This document shows, in pieces, positions 23,211-34,649 of a stretch of 40,121 nucleotides of DNA. The stretch spans positions 1 to 40,121 of the forward strand of contig NW_021835387.1 in NCBI RefSeq assembly GCF_006345805.1, given 5' to 3'. This DNA comes from Octopus sinensis (taxonomy: Eukaryota). The position numbers and the translations under genes are program-made. The notes below the pieces were generated by a model. The model was not told where the DNA came from. It saw only the letters and a program-made list of their open reading frames with translations, and ran no database searches. Position 1 is the stretch's first letter. Each line of letters opens with the position of its first letter.

Positions 23211-23409
23211 AAGTTGAACTAACTCATCATCCAAAAGTATCCAGCCGAGGATAGTGGGACGGCATTTAACCAGTTTAACTAGTGTGGTTGCAGTGGAGGG
23301 AAATCGAGAGTGAAAGAAAATTCAGTCAGTTCGAAATGTTAAGAAGAGGGAAAAAGAACAGAATTCACAAAATTTCTCGATTCCGAGAGCAGAGCAAAAA
23401 TTATTTTAG

Positions 23410-23615
23410 CAACGTTCTCCCTGATTTGATTTCCACGTCAGTTCGGCGTTGGTGTCCGAGATGCCTGTGAAGCATTTGCCTACGGACTAAGGGAACTGGC
23501 CACAAAGCCAACTCCCAAATCTCGTTTCTCGTTAAGCTGGATGTGTGCAACGCCTTCAACAGTGTTTGCAGGGACCACATCCTGGAAGTCATTTACGCCC
23601 GTTGATTGACCGATT
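23410..23615 (+). mobile_element. CRE-clade RT fragment
   Basis: QFGVGVRDACEA and VKLDVCNAFNSVCRDHIL. Confidence 0.7.
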
Positions 23616-23659
23616 GTTTACTTATTTTACGCGTGTCCTTCAAATCTTATTTGAGAAAA

Positions 23660-23975
23660 ATTTGCTAATCTCAGCGTCTAGTCCTTTCGTTGACAGATTC
23701 GATTCCGTCTCGAGGAAGCTCCTCTCAAGGAAGATATTCCAATCCGACTTTCCTCTGAAGCTAAAAATATGGATTACCAACTTCCTAAGTGGACGAAGGG
23801 GAAGGGTGTGCCTCGGTGGTCTGAAGTCCAAATCTCTTCTTCTACCCAACGGAGTACCTCAGGGATCCCCTTTATCCCCGGCCCTCTTCAACCTATTTTT
23901 GGAAGACCTCCCTCACTCCCTCGACAACAATGACATTGTTCTCTCATACGCGGACGACATCGTGCTAGCCTCACG
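23660..23975 (+). mobile_element. Jockey/I-group RT fragment
   Basis: FDSVSRK, WITNFLSGR, GVPQGSPLSPALFNLF, YADDIVL. Confidence 0.85.
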
Positions 23976-23979
23976 ATTG

Positions 23980-25830
23980 TGCATCCCATTTCCATTTCGT
24001 TGCGACTTAAGGCTAACATATCGGCATGCATGTCTTATCCCTCGGATTTCTCTAGTTGGTTAAGTGCCCCTGTGAAGGCCCAAAAGAAGAGCCAAAACCA
24101 CCAGCCCCGCGTCCTACAAAACGACAAGAGCATTGACCGCGACGCCATACGCCCACGTGAACGTGTAAACGCCCAACTATTGGAAGAAAATGTCGCCGAC
24201 GTTGTGCGAGTACTGGCCTCCGATTCAAAAGCTTTCGAAATAACCCCCAAATTCTTACATAACTCAAAGCAAAGCACCCCACCCCAATCAATTCTCTTCC
24301 AACCGGTAGCTGTGGCGGTATAGACGGTCATCGACCCGGAAACGTCAAAGACATGCTCTCCCCCAAACCTGTGAAGCTGGTCACCGCCTCCTATCCTCTC
24401 AAACAGCTCTTACGAACCGTATTTTGAACGGAGAGATCTCCGAGTATGCTCGTGACTTATTTTTTGCCGCCAATCTCACCGCCCTGAGAAAAAAGGAGTC
24501 CGTCCATCGCCGTGGGTTTTCTCTTCTTTCGCCGATTGGCGTCAAAAGTAGCCTGCAGACAAACCACTAAGTTGCTGGAATCGGAATTACGCCCAATACA
24601 ACTCGGCGTATGTGTTCGGGGAGGCTGCGAAACAGAAAGTTTGTTTTTTCCTTGCAAGATCGGCCATAAGAAAGTTTGTTTTTTCCTTGCAAGATCGGCA
24701 AGACAAGCCTTGTCTTTTTATCAAGATAGACTTGGCTAATGCTTTTAACTGTGTGCGTAGTGAAACTTTCTTCGAATCTGTTACCTGTCGCTACCCAGCA
24801 ATCTAGCGCCTCGTCGCCTTGGCCTACCGCCAGCCCAGCCTCCTTATCGCCGGGAATCAGACAATTCTGTCCAACAATGGAGTAAAGCAAGGTGACCCTC
24901 TGGGCCCTCTCCTTTTCGCCTTGGCTGTGGATAATGTTGCCATGATGGTTTCATCCCATTTAAATATCTAGTATTTAGACGACGCCACCATAGGTGGTTC
25001 ATCTGAATCGGTCCTAGATGATCCGAGAATCCTAATCCCCTCCCACGCTATCCTTCTCTAAATAAGTCCCAACAAATAATGAATATCAGTTACGATCCAC
25101 ATCATTTTCCCGATATTCTCCACTCGTTTAACTCCTATCAACCTTCGACCGTGATCTCATGTCTTGCCTCGAAACAATCTCTAGCGCCCCTTTGATGACC
25201 TCGACTGGAAGCAAGCAATCCTCCTGGTTAGTCACAGTTGCATTGGTGTGCGCTCTGCCGCTGATCATTCCATGCCAGCATCCTTTCCTCTGTTCACGCC
25301 ACTAGCTTTCTCGTCCATGAAATCTCCAATCCGTTTCTGAATCCCACCTGGACTCTGATTTCTCTTCGGCTGTCAGATCTTGGTGATGTGGTGATCGTGC
25401 CCTGACTTGTGCAGGATTCCTAACGTATTGAAACCAGTATGGTTGGATCGCGGAAATGGAAAGCGCCCAGATGGCATGACAACATTTTCCTTCGACAAAG
25501 GAAAATGCCTCATCTGGGCGCGAAGTTCTCAGACATATTCTCTCCCAACAACCTGATCTCGTCAGTTGCCGAGCCTAGGTCGGCGGCCAAACTCGCGGAG
25601 TTGAGAAAATTAAGAAAGTACGTCCCTGACCAGAAATCATATTTTGCGTCAATAGCGGTCGTGACATCGGGGTAATCGGTCTGGAAACACTTTCTTTGCT
25701 TTGTCGACTTGGGACAAAGATCGCCAAAAAAGCAAAAACCAAAACGAGACTTGTCATCTTCCCAAAGAGTCTTGTTGGCGATCGCCCGGGGGTAAAGCCA
25801 TCTTATGTGCTGGAAATTCACTATACATAG
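23980..25830 (+). mobile_element. degenerate CRE-clade retrotransposon (RT + REL), internally deleted
   Basis: FFAANLTALRKK, QLGVCVRGGCE, KIDLANAFN, GVKQGDPLGPLLFALA, YLDD, W.QA.L....GVRSA, AELRKLRKY..IAV.TSG. A 31-bp internal direct repeat lies at 24634-24664 / 24669-24699. Confidence 0.9.
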
Positions 25831-26052
25831 TATAAATTAGTGGTTTAAAACTTTTAATTTTAAATTTTTGTTGTCAGAAGAAAATTGAATAGAAACAAAA
25901 ATTAAATTGATTGAAAATCTTTGTTGTGACATGTTATTAACATTTTAATCGACTTTCAAATTGTACCAGGCTTACACCACAAGACACTAAATCTAAGCAG
26001 AAATAATTTATTAGATTTAAATAATTAATTATATTTTTTAATATTTAATAAA

Positions 26053-26757
26053 ATGAATGCCCTCAAACGTAATAAATTTCATTTAATTTTGATTAGTCAC
26101 TGTAAATCAACTAATGTCGTTTTTACTGCCTGCTGTGCTGTTACTTGCCACAAAAAATCCTGTTGACTCCTCTGACTGGCAGAGCCACATCAAGAAAGAC
26201 AACATGGACGCCTCCTATTCAGACCAGGACAGGGAACAATACTCAATCAGCCTAAAAAACTACAACTCGACCTTAATCGACCGAATAATAAATAAGACAG
26301 GGGGAAAGACAGTCCCTTGTGATCTCTTTGGGGATACCCCACTAGTAATGTTCTGCATGAATAACGCCACATGTTATGCTGACATTGTCTTTGAAAAGGC
26401 GTCTCCATATTGCATGTAACAGCCTATTTTTTATTTAGATGCACTCCCTTTCATGGCAACATCTATATAGGAGATCGATGCCAAACAGAATATCCTAAAA
26501 AATATTTTGTATCTCACCAAGCGAGTATTTGTTATTTTTTTAAAGTAGATGAGAAGAAGATACTGATCTTCATGATAATATTTAATTCTTTACTCACTTT
26601 GCTGGCTCTAATTTTGCTGGTCCGTATTATTTTATTCCGCAGAAAGTTTTTTATTTGATAAATGTATAGTGCCTGGAATTTTCTCTTCAATCTCCGATAC
26701 CCTTATCAGTCATTATATTCTTCGGATGTTATTATTCGGCCATTTAATGTTAATTAG
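26053..26757 (+). CDS. single-EGF type-I membrane protein, EGFR/ErbB-ligand-like, 5 exons, 202 aa
   Basis: Exons 26053-26068, 26097-26415, 26439-26524, 26546-26645 and 26670-26757 (introns 28, 23, 21, 24 nt) give a 609-nt open frame. It has a hydrophobic leader (MSFLLPAVLLLA), an EGF domain CDLFGDTPLVMF-CMNNAT-CYADIVFEKASPY-CI-CTPFHGNIYIGDR-C and a TM segment ILIFMIIFNSLLTLLALILLVRIILF-RR. Confidence 0.85.
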
Positions 26758-26869
26758 TTATTTTGTTAATTTTTTTTGTAATCGTTATTTCTTAAACATT
26801 TTTATTCTTGATTTAATTGCCTAAACTTATTGATTATAATTTAAAAATTACTAATAATTTTCTAATGAA

Positions 26870-27169
26870 ACTAAAATTTTGTTTATCAGTTTGGGGTTTT
26901 CTTTTTATAATTATCGAATAAATGGCATTTCAAAAAACAACCCTAAAACATAAAAATAAATAATAAAACCACTATCTATGTCCGAGTTTGATTTTATAAT
27001 ATAATTATAATAAGTTGATATGAGACATTGTTTTTATAATCCTAACGAAGTTTTCATCGTCAGAAATACCTTCCATTTAATTCTATTGTTTAATTTATCA
27101 ATTAGCTTTCCTGTTGTTATACAATTATTACAACGACCCCCACAAGCTCAATCGGCTCTTCAAGCGTGT
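26870..27169 (+). repeat. ~300-bp local direct repeat, copy A
   Basis: Near-identical to 27520-27824, ending at the same CAAGCGTGT. Confidence 0.9.
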
Positions 27170-27171
27170 TT

Positions 27172-27478
27172 GGCTGTTACATGCAATATGGAGACGCCTT
27201 TTCAAAGACAATGTCAGCATAACATGTGGCGTTATTCATGCAGAACATTACTAGTGGGGTATCCCAAAGAGATCACAAGGGACTGTCTTTCCCCCTGTCT
27301 TCTTTATATTCGGTCGATTAAGGTCGAGTTGTAGTTTTTTAGGCTGATTGAGTATTGTTCTCTGTCTTGGTATGAATAGGAGGCGTCTATGTAGTTCTTC
27401 TCGATGTGGCTCTGCCAGTCGGGAGAGTCGATTGGGTCTTTTGTGGTGAGTAACAGCACAGCAGGCAGTAAAAACGAC
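27172..27478 (-). pseudogene. inverted genomic copy of exon 2 (plus 9 nt of intron 2) of the EGF gene family
   Basis: The reverse complement aligns to 26116-26424, including the intronic GTAACAGCC. Confidence 0.92.
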
Positions 27479-27519
27479 TTGGAAATTTAATGATGAGTTT
27501 GTAAAATAAGTTTAGCAAA

Positions 27520-27824
27520 AACACTAATTTTTTTTATCAGTTTGGGGTTTTATTTTTTAATATCGAATAAATGCCATTTCAAAAAATAACTCTTAAAAAT
27601 AGATAATAGAACCACTATCTATGTCCGAGTTTGACCTTATAATATATTGTATAAGTTGATGAATTAAATGCTTTATGAGACATTGTTTTTATAATCCTAA
27701 CGAGGTTTTCATCGTCAGAAATACCTTCCATTTAATTCTATTGTTTAATTTATCAATTAGCTTTCCTGTTGTTATACAATTATTACAACGACCCCCACAA
27801 GCTCAATCGGCTCTTCAAGCGTGT
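27520..27824 (+). repeat. ~300-bp local direct repeat, copy B
   Basis: Near-identical to 26870-27169. Confidence 0.9.
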
Positions 27825-28460
27825 CTTAATAGCTGCTATAATGGGGAACAGTTTCTCAATTCTCTCTGCGGATGGTCCCAATTTCCTTTTGTTTTTTTGT
27901 TTAATATTCGAATTCTAGATTTAAAAAAATTATTACATATGGTATCGATATGGAACCAACGGAGTTTGAGTTTATTTATCAAAATGTACATGGAAGCCTG
28001 GTACATCTGAACCAGGAAGAAAAGTTATATTTATCATATTTTACAAAATATCAATAAGAAGAAGATTGCTGTCAGTGACAAGAGTGAACAAATACTTTTC
28101 TAATTGTGAAAAGACTTGGAAAAGAAGTTGTCTATTATCTAATAAGAGTGGGTATTCTACTGATTGTTAAGTAAAGAAAACATAGCCACAATCTAGAATA
28201 TCTTAACCGCATTCAAAGATTTTGGAAAATTATTGATGAGTTTGTTAAAACAAGTTTAGCAAAAACATATAATCGAAAAGATTGAAAAAAAGTCCTTCCA
28301 TTTAATACTTTTTAATTGTCAAACGTGGACAGTAGTAGTTTTGGTCCTAACTTGAAATGGTATTATAAGCAATTTTAATCAACATCATTCAAATATTCTC
28401 AAAGTAGACAACTTAATCAAGGTGTATATTGAAAGCACTGTAAAAAAGAAGACCCTAGAA

Positions 28461-28510
28461 CAGGGGTGCGCAAGTGCGGCCGTGAGTCGATGAATGTGCG
28501 GCCGTGGGTA
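28461..28510 (+). mobile_element. solitary hAT terminus
   Basis: CAGGGGTGCGCAA preceded by CCCTAGAA (nnnTAnnn), with two GTGCGGCCGTG subterminal motifs. No second end seen. Confidence 0.4.
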
Positions 28511-29039
28511 CAATTAGGTCATCGAGCAACTAATCTTAAATATAATGCTCATAGTGTTAATTAATCAAGAAAAACCCTAAATAATAATTAAAAATATTCA
28601 TATTAAATAAAATTCTATTTTTATATAATGGTTAACCCTTATTAAAAGTAATTATCATAAACGTCTTAATTTATTTTCATTATGTAGCGCTGTTGTCTTT
28701 ATTTGGTTTACCTTTATTTATATATATTTAATTGGATTCAAAGGAATATTTCGGGATGTAGTTTCTTTTAATGGTTAAATTATTTGAATTTCATCATTTT
28801 TGTGATATTTTCCGAGTTTATTTCTTTAATCGTTTTTTTACTTATTTTGAATTTTTTAAAACACAATTATTTTCTTTTCATTTCACCAACAAGCACTTTG
28901 TTCACAAATGAGAAAATTTGAAGATACACTTAATGAAGTAAAACAAATTATTATGTCGCGAGCGCAGCGAGCGCAGCGAGCGACCACTCAATTTCTAGAT
29001 CCGATCAATCAAAAAATCTATAAATTGACAAATACCTAG

Positions 29040-30467
29040 AATTGAATTTGAATTGAAATGTTTATTTTCTATGTAACAAACTCGTCACTAGATTAAAAGG
29101 GGAGAGAAGAGCCAAACGAAACCAAGGAGACGGAAGAAAACAATTTTTGTTGCTGATTGGGGTCAATTCTAATGGGACACCAGATGTCCCTTCGATAAAA
29201 AAAACGACCCCTTGCACCACTATTTATTTAAGTGATGGCAACAGTTTTTCAATGGATCGTACCGATCCCTCCAGCTCTGGGGTTAGTTTGGATTTTAGTC
29301 CAAGCCATGTGCCAGTTTAATGGCATATCTCCGCGTTTTCTCCAAAAGATCAATATGTTTCTTTCCTTCGCAGCTTCGAACCATCCTTGAGATCCATAGA
29401 TCAGGAAGGGTTCTATACACGCAGAGTATACGTATAAGAACGTTTCCGGTTTCAGCTGGAATCGCATCAGAGCTTTCAACATTTGGGTAGCCTTGTTCTT
29501 TCTCTTCCTTATATACATCTTGAATGAACCAGTTGCATCCACAACTATTCCGAGGTATTTAAGATCATCCACGGGTTTTATCGCTCCGGTGTTAATACAA
29601 ACATCAGGTTTCCTTCTTCTCTTTTACCAATCCAGCAAACAGTGCTTTTTCAAAAGATAAAGACAAGCCTTTATCCTGGCACCATTTGCCAATTTTTTCG
29701 ATATGATTGTTGGGTTCTTTTCCACGATATTGACTTGCTCATAGAGAAATCCATAATTAAAATATCATCTGCGTAGATGACCATCTCCATGCTAGGGAGA
29801 TCCACTTGAGGGATGTCGCACATCACACAGTTAAATAAAGTTGACTGATGACAGATCCTGCGGAACTCCTCTCTTAAGCAAAATTCTCTTCGATAATTGG
29901 TTACCGACCCGTACAAACGATTCTCTTTCGAGGAGAAACTCTTCATCCAAACTAGGGCTGTCTTTCCAACGCTAAAATTGTATAAAGTTCGTAATAGCCC
30001 GGCATGCCAGACGCTATCAAATGCTTTTGATATGTCTATACATGCAGCCGTAAGATACTCTTTTTCCTTTGTGCTGTAGATATGGCCTCCTTTAACAGTG
30101 AAAAGCAATTTCCAGTGCCCTTGTTCCGCGAAAACCCCATTGCTCTTTCAAGAGAACTGTTTATCTTCAATATAAGTTGATAGTCTTTTAAAGACAATTT
30201 TTCCATGATTTTGAGATAGAACATATGAGGCTGATTGGTCTGTAATTTGCAGGATCCGAACTCGGTTTTCTTTCTTCTTCGGGATCATGCGAACAATTGT
30301 CCTCTTCCATGCTTGGGGAACATGTCCAATACTCCACGAAGAGTTAAATAGCTTCCATAGTTTCATATACAAAGGCATTCCCGCCTTTTTGAAGATAATC
30401 ATCGGTATGTAGTCCCAACCAGGGGATTTATTTTTACATCCGTGTATTGCTGATTTTATTTCTTTTC
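29040..30467 (-). mobile_element. Jockey/I-group LINE, 5'-truncated
   Basis: GWDYIP, FRG..GT, DISKAFDSVWHAGL, YADD, KYLG motifs and an (AATTCA)-like tail at 29040-29056. 12-bp TSD ACAAATACCTAG at 29028-29039 and 30468-30479. Confidence 0.9.
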
Positions 30468-30603
30468 ACAAATACCTAGGAATATAGGAATAGGAAGTTT
30501 TATTGGAAACAGAGAAGGGTTAAGGTTAGGGGGGAGTTTGTATAATGAAAAATAGGACTACCCTATCGACTTCTTCCCAGAAAAAAAGAGACCCCCTCAA
30601 GTA

Positions 30604-33447
30604 ATTTTTTTTTTTTTTTTTTTTTTTCTTTTCTACCTCTGCAGGTACGTCCCAGTGACAATTGAGTTGGATTATAACCACTTATAGCTTTTTCGACAGT
30701 TTCACCGACCATGGAGGATTTACTTTCAAGCCACAGGGGGATTGGATCTTCAACTTTTTGGTGGTAAGCAAGCTTCAAAGCGAGCCTGCGAGACTTTTCA
30801 AATTAGTTAAGATGGTGTCCTTCTTTTTAGAGAAGTACCATCTCTCTTTTCCGTATAGTAGTCCCGGTAGGATCACCGTATTGAAAACGTAGAGGAAAGT
30901 ATCAGGCTCCAAATTTAACTTCCTCAGGCAGAACAGAGCATTAGTTGCTTTCCTTTTACTTAATTTTGCGTTTTCGAGATAGTTTCCTCCTTTCATCGAT
31001 GAACAAGCCAAGATATTTAATTGAGTTTTGTCGAGGTATGTTCTTGATCAGGCACGGTAAATTTATTAAATTTCTGCTTTCTGTGATTCTCAGTAATGCG
31101 GACTTCTCACGCGCAATAATGAACATATTTTCATCGCACCATTGCTCCACTGTATTCATATATGATATAATCCTTTGTTCGGATAAGGCAGGTTTCGATG
31201 AAATGTCAAGGATTACAACATCATCGGCGTATATCAAAATTTCCGTCCGTGTGTTGACAGGAGACGGCAGATTGCTCATCACAATGTTGAATAATAGAGG
31301 ACTGAGGACTGATCCTTGAGGGACGCCTCTTTTAAGTTTCAGTTCATCCGAGTCATAGTTCAGAAAGCTTATCACAGAGCGCCTGTCGCGGAGGAAGTCT
31401 TTTAGCCATAGGAATAGTCCTTTGTCTATGTGACACTTCGCCGCAGATGTCTAAGGAGACCGAGGTGCCAAACCATATCAAAGGCTTTTGAGATGTCTAG
31501 AGACACAATTGTCAGACACTCTTTGAAATCCAGAGCCTTTACAATCGACGAATTGAGTGTATAAAGACAGTCAGCACAGGAACGACCCCTCCGAAAGCCC
31601 CACTGCACGTCTTTGAGATAACCATTTCTCTCGACGTGTTCAGAGAGTCGTTCAAACATTACCCTTTCCATTATTCGACTGATGGTAGGAATTAGGCTTA
31701 TAGGCCTATAACTTGTCGCCAAGTAACCAGGTTTTCCAGGCTTCCGTATCATCCTTACCTCCGTCAGTTTCCATGAAGAAGGACGTATCCCAAGCTCACA
31801 CTGCGGGAGAAGAGACATCCCAAATATTCGTAAAGTTGCTTGGGAGCTTCTTTGAACATGCGCATGGTTATCTTGTCCTTTCCCGGAGCGTTATTTTTGG
31901 AGTATCTAACTGCATTTTCCACGTCTTTGCACGTTATAGATTCCGAGCACATTGGTAATGAGCTAAGATTGTCTTCCAACTCTTTTTCCATATCAAACAA
32001 AGCTGAATCAGATAGATTTGTATCCGGATTGACTTCTTGTATTCTTTTGAGACTATCAGCAAATATGTTCGGGATTTCTTCATGAGATGCAGGGGATCCA
32101 TCTTGTTTTAGCAGTTTAGGTATAGTTTTCTCAGACGTCGAGGTTAATTTCGAGTAGACCTTCCAAAAATTTGGACTTCCTTTATGTAGCTTTTTGCACT
32201 CAGTATTCCATTTTTTATCCTTCGCCACCTTCGCCGATTTTCTTATTTCTTCCGTAATGGTGAAGATTTCACTTTCCAAAACGGACCGGTCACGAAAATC
32301 TGCGCAGCGCCGGAGTTTGTTCCTTAGACATTGTTTTTTCCTTAGTAGGATTTCAACATTCATGTTTGGCATGTGAGTTTTCCTATTGTTTGAGACGATT
32401 TTGTAGAATATGTTTCCAGATAAGACTTTATGTATCCAATAAGGGAATTGCTAGACTTCTCGAGGTCCTCAGATGAAGAATTTTCGTCAAGTTTAGGAGC
32501 GAAATTGCTCAGATAAAGTGTAAAACATTTTCGGTAGTGTTCCCAGTTTATAGTCGAGAGGTTATATCGTATAAAAGTTGGTTTACCCTTTAAAGGTCCA
32601 AGGTTGAGTTTGTATAAAATTGGTAGATGGTCACTTCCAATATCATTTAAGGTGTACGGTTGTTCCATAAATTGAAGAGTAGACATAGAGACCAATGCTA
32701 CGCCCAAATAGTCCCACCCTCCTGGTGAGTAATGATTTGGGGTTTTTGATGTGATGACCGAGAAACTGAGAGATTCTGAAAGCTTCTTAAGAATGATGCC
32801 ATCCCTGTTGGTTCTCAGACAGCCAAAAGATGTGCATTTGGCATTTAGATCCCCGAGGAGTATTGACAAATGATTGTGTTTATCGGCAAAAAAGTCCTTG
32901 ATAAGCGATGAATAATTGGAAAGGGATTTTGAGTACATCCCTCCGATTGTTACCCACCCTTTTTCCAGAAGGACGTCGATTGTGAGGAATTCACACAATT
33001 CCTCGGACACAATTTTTAGATTTTTCACCCTTAGAGTTGATTTGTAGTAGATAGAAGTGCCTGTTCCAGCGATCGAGCCCGGCTTCCACTTAATATCAAG
33101 GGAACGATAGCCATCCAAGTAGTAATCATCATGTTTTTTGATTTTTGTTTCGTTTACGATCAAAAGGTCCACGGGGTTATGGGATAACATATCCTCAATC
33201 TCTGAACGCCTTCTCTTTAGAGAACGTGCGTTCACAGCGATAATAGACAGAAAGGGGCTCACGCCTGATCAATCCTTTCCCTTCCAAGAGAAAGGGACAA
33301 CAGATTGTTGATATCGAGGCCTTTTTCATCGCATATAGCGATTATTTTGCGAATCATAGAGGTAAGCTCAACGTCGATAGTTGGTGCTTTCCTCTTAAAG
33401 CGGGTTGGAGGCTCTGTGTGTTGTGTATTGGGAGCAAAGTTGCGTCT
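30604..33447 (-). mobile_element. Jockey/I-group LINE: ORF1 C-terminus + complete ORF2 (APE-RT), frameshifted, poly(A) tail
   Basis: APE: IIAVNARSL, NETK, GDLNAK, GSDHLPI. RT: YRPISL, LDISKAFDMVWH, GVPQGSVLSPLLF, YADD, KYLG. T-run at ~30604-30628 on plus. An open frame of 62 codons (33447-33259) precedes ORF2. No RNase H was recognised. Confidence 0.92.
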
Positions 33448-33449
33448 TC

Positions 33450-34320
33450 ACTAACATCTTTTGCGTTGAGGAGTCAAAACAGCGGGAAATTGTAGGTTTT
33501 CGCCATACAGATTCAACGGCCTCCGCTTTTGACCATACAGTATGTGAGGCTCTTGACGTACATCTACGCTAAAATTTCGATCGGCACAGACTTGCATGTC
33601 TCCGCGCAGGCTGCTGCACAGGGAGCGGGGCCTGGCTGGATGCTTTCCCTGTCCCTTCCACCAGTAACCTATTAGACAAGGATTGTCTACGAATTGGATT
33701 ATCATTGTGCCTCGGATTGGAAATCTGCGAAATACATAAATGTCGTTGTGGTGCTGTTATTGACAGTTTTGGTCTGCATCCCCTTTCCTGTCGTCGCAGT
33801 GCAGGGCGCGCACCACGCCATGCAGCACTTAACGACGTTCTTCATAGGGGGGTCACGGCCGCTCGCGACGTTCTCCTTGAACCCGTTGGGCTTGCGAGGG
33901 GAGACGGAAAAAGACCCGACGGTCTATCGACTTTCCCGTTTGAGTTCGGCAAGTCTCTGATATGGGATGCGACGTTTTCAGACACTTTCTCGGAGCTTAA
34001 TCTTCCTTCTCTCAGGCTGGCTCAGTCTCTCGCAAAACCGAGAAGATGAAAATTGGAAAGTACAAGGAGCTCTCTGAACGATATCTGTTCTCTCCTATCG
34101 CCGTCGAGACTTCCGGCGTCATCGGCGAAAAGATCCTTTCCTTTTTGAAAAAGCTTGGCCGCATGATTTCCCATAAACGGGGAGACTCACGCGAGTCCAA
34201 GTGGCTTCTCGAAAGGATTTCCTTGGCTATAGTACGTGGAAACTGTGTTTCCATTTACGAGGCCGGGAATTTAGCTAGTTAATAACTATTTTATTCTTTA
34301 ATTTACTTATTTACAAAAAA
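33450..34320 (+). mobile_element. CRE-clade 3' portion (zinc knuckle + REL) with A-tail
   Basis: GAWLDAFPV, CRCGAVIDSFGLHPLSCRRSAGR..RH, DGKRPDGL..FP...GK.LIWDAT, K..KY.EL...FSPIAVETSG, ERISLAIVRGN. A-run at ~34314-34321. Confidence 0.92.
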
Positions 34321-34649
34321 ATTCTTGCCATTGAATTCCATTTCCCCGCAACACCAAATTATTACGGACAAGAAAAGAGAGTATACTTCCGATAAAATCG
34401 TGTAGAAATCATCAAGCTCATCCAGAAATCATCAAGCTTTTCTCCTTTATCGTTATCGTTATTTATTGAATTTCACATAATTTTTTGATAGAAAGTTCTA
34501 TTCATTATATTCTTATAGCATAATTTTATTTATTTGTTCCTGGATTTTTTTAAAAGTTTGAGTTGCTTTTTAATTTTTGAAAATATTTTTTTATTTCTAA
34601 ATTTAATAGTAATTTCGATCCTTCAGTACTTGAACTTTTAACTGCAGCA

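Noticed and set aside
26870-27824. CRISPR-like or LTR-type direct repeats
   Set aside because: Only two ~300-bp copies, with no TG..CA ends, PBS or PPT and no spacer array. Best read as a local duplication around the inverted exon.
27020-28010. ORFs 27020-27334 and 27675-28010 as genes
   Set aside because: They arise from the direct repeat running into unrelated sequence, and one is antisense to the inverted exon. No motifs.
27700-28300. spliced gene on the minus strand
   Set aside because: Micro-intron-like segments exist (e.g. gtcgttgtaataattgtataacaacag), but every frame I tried hit stops. No defensible model.
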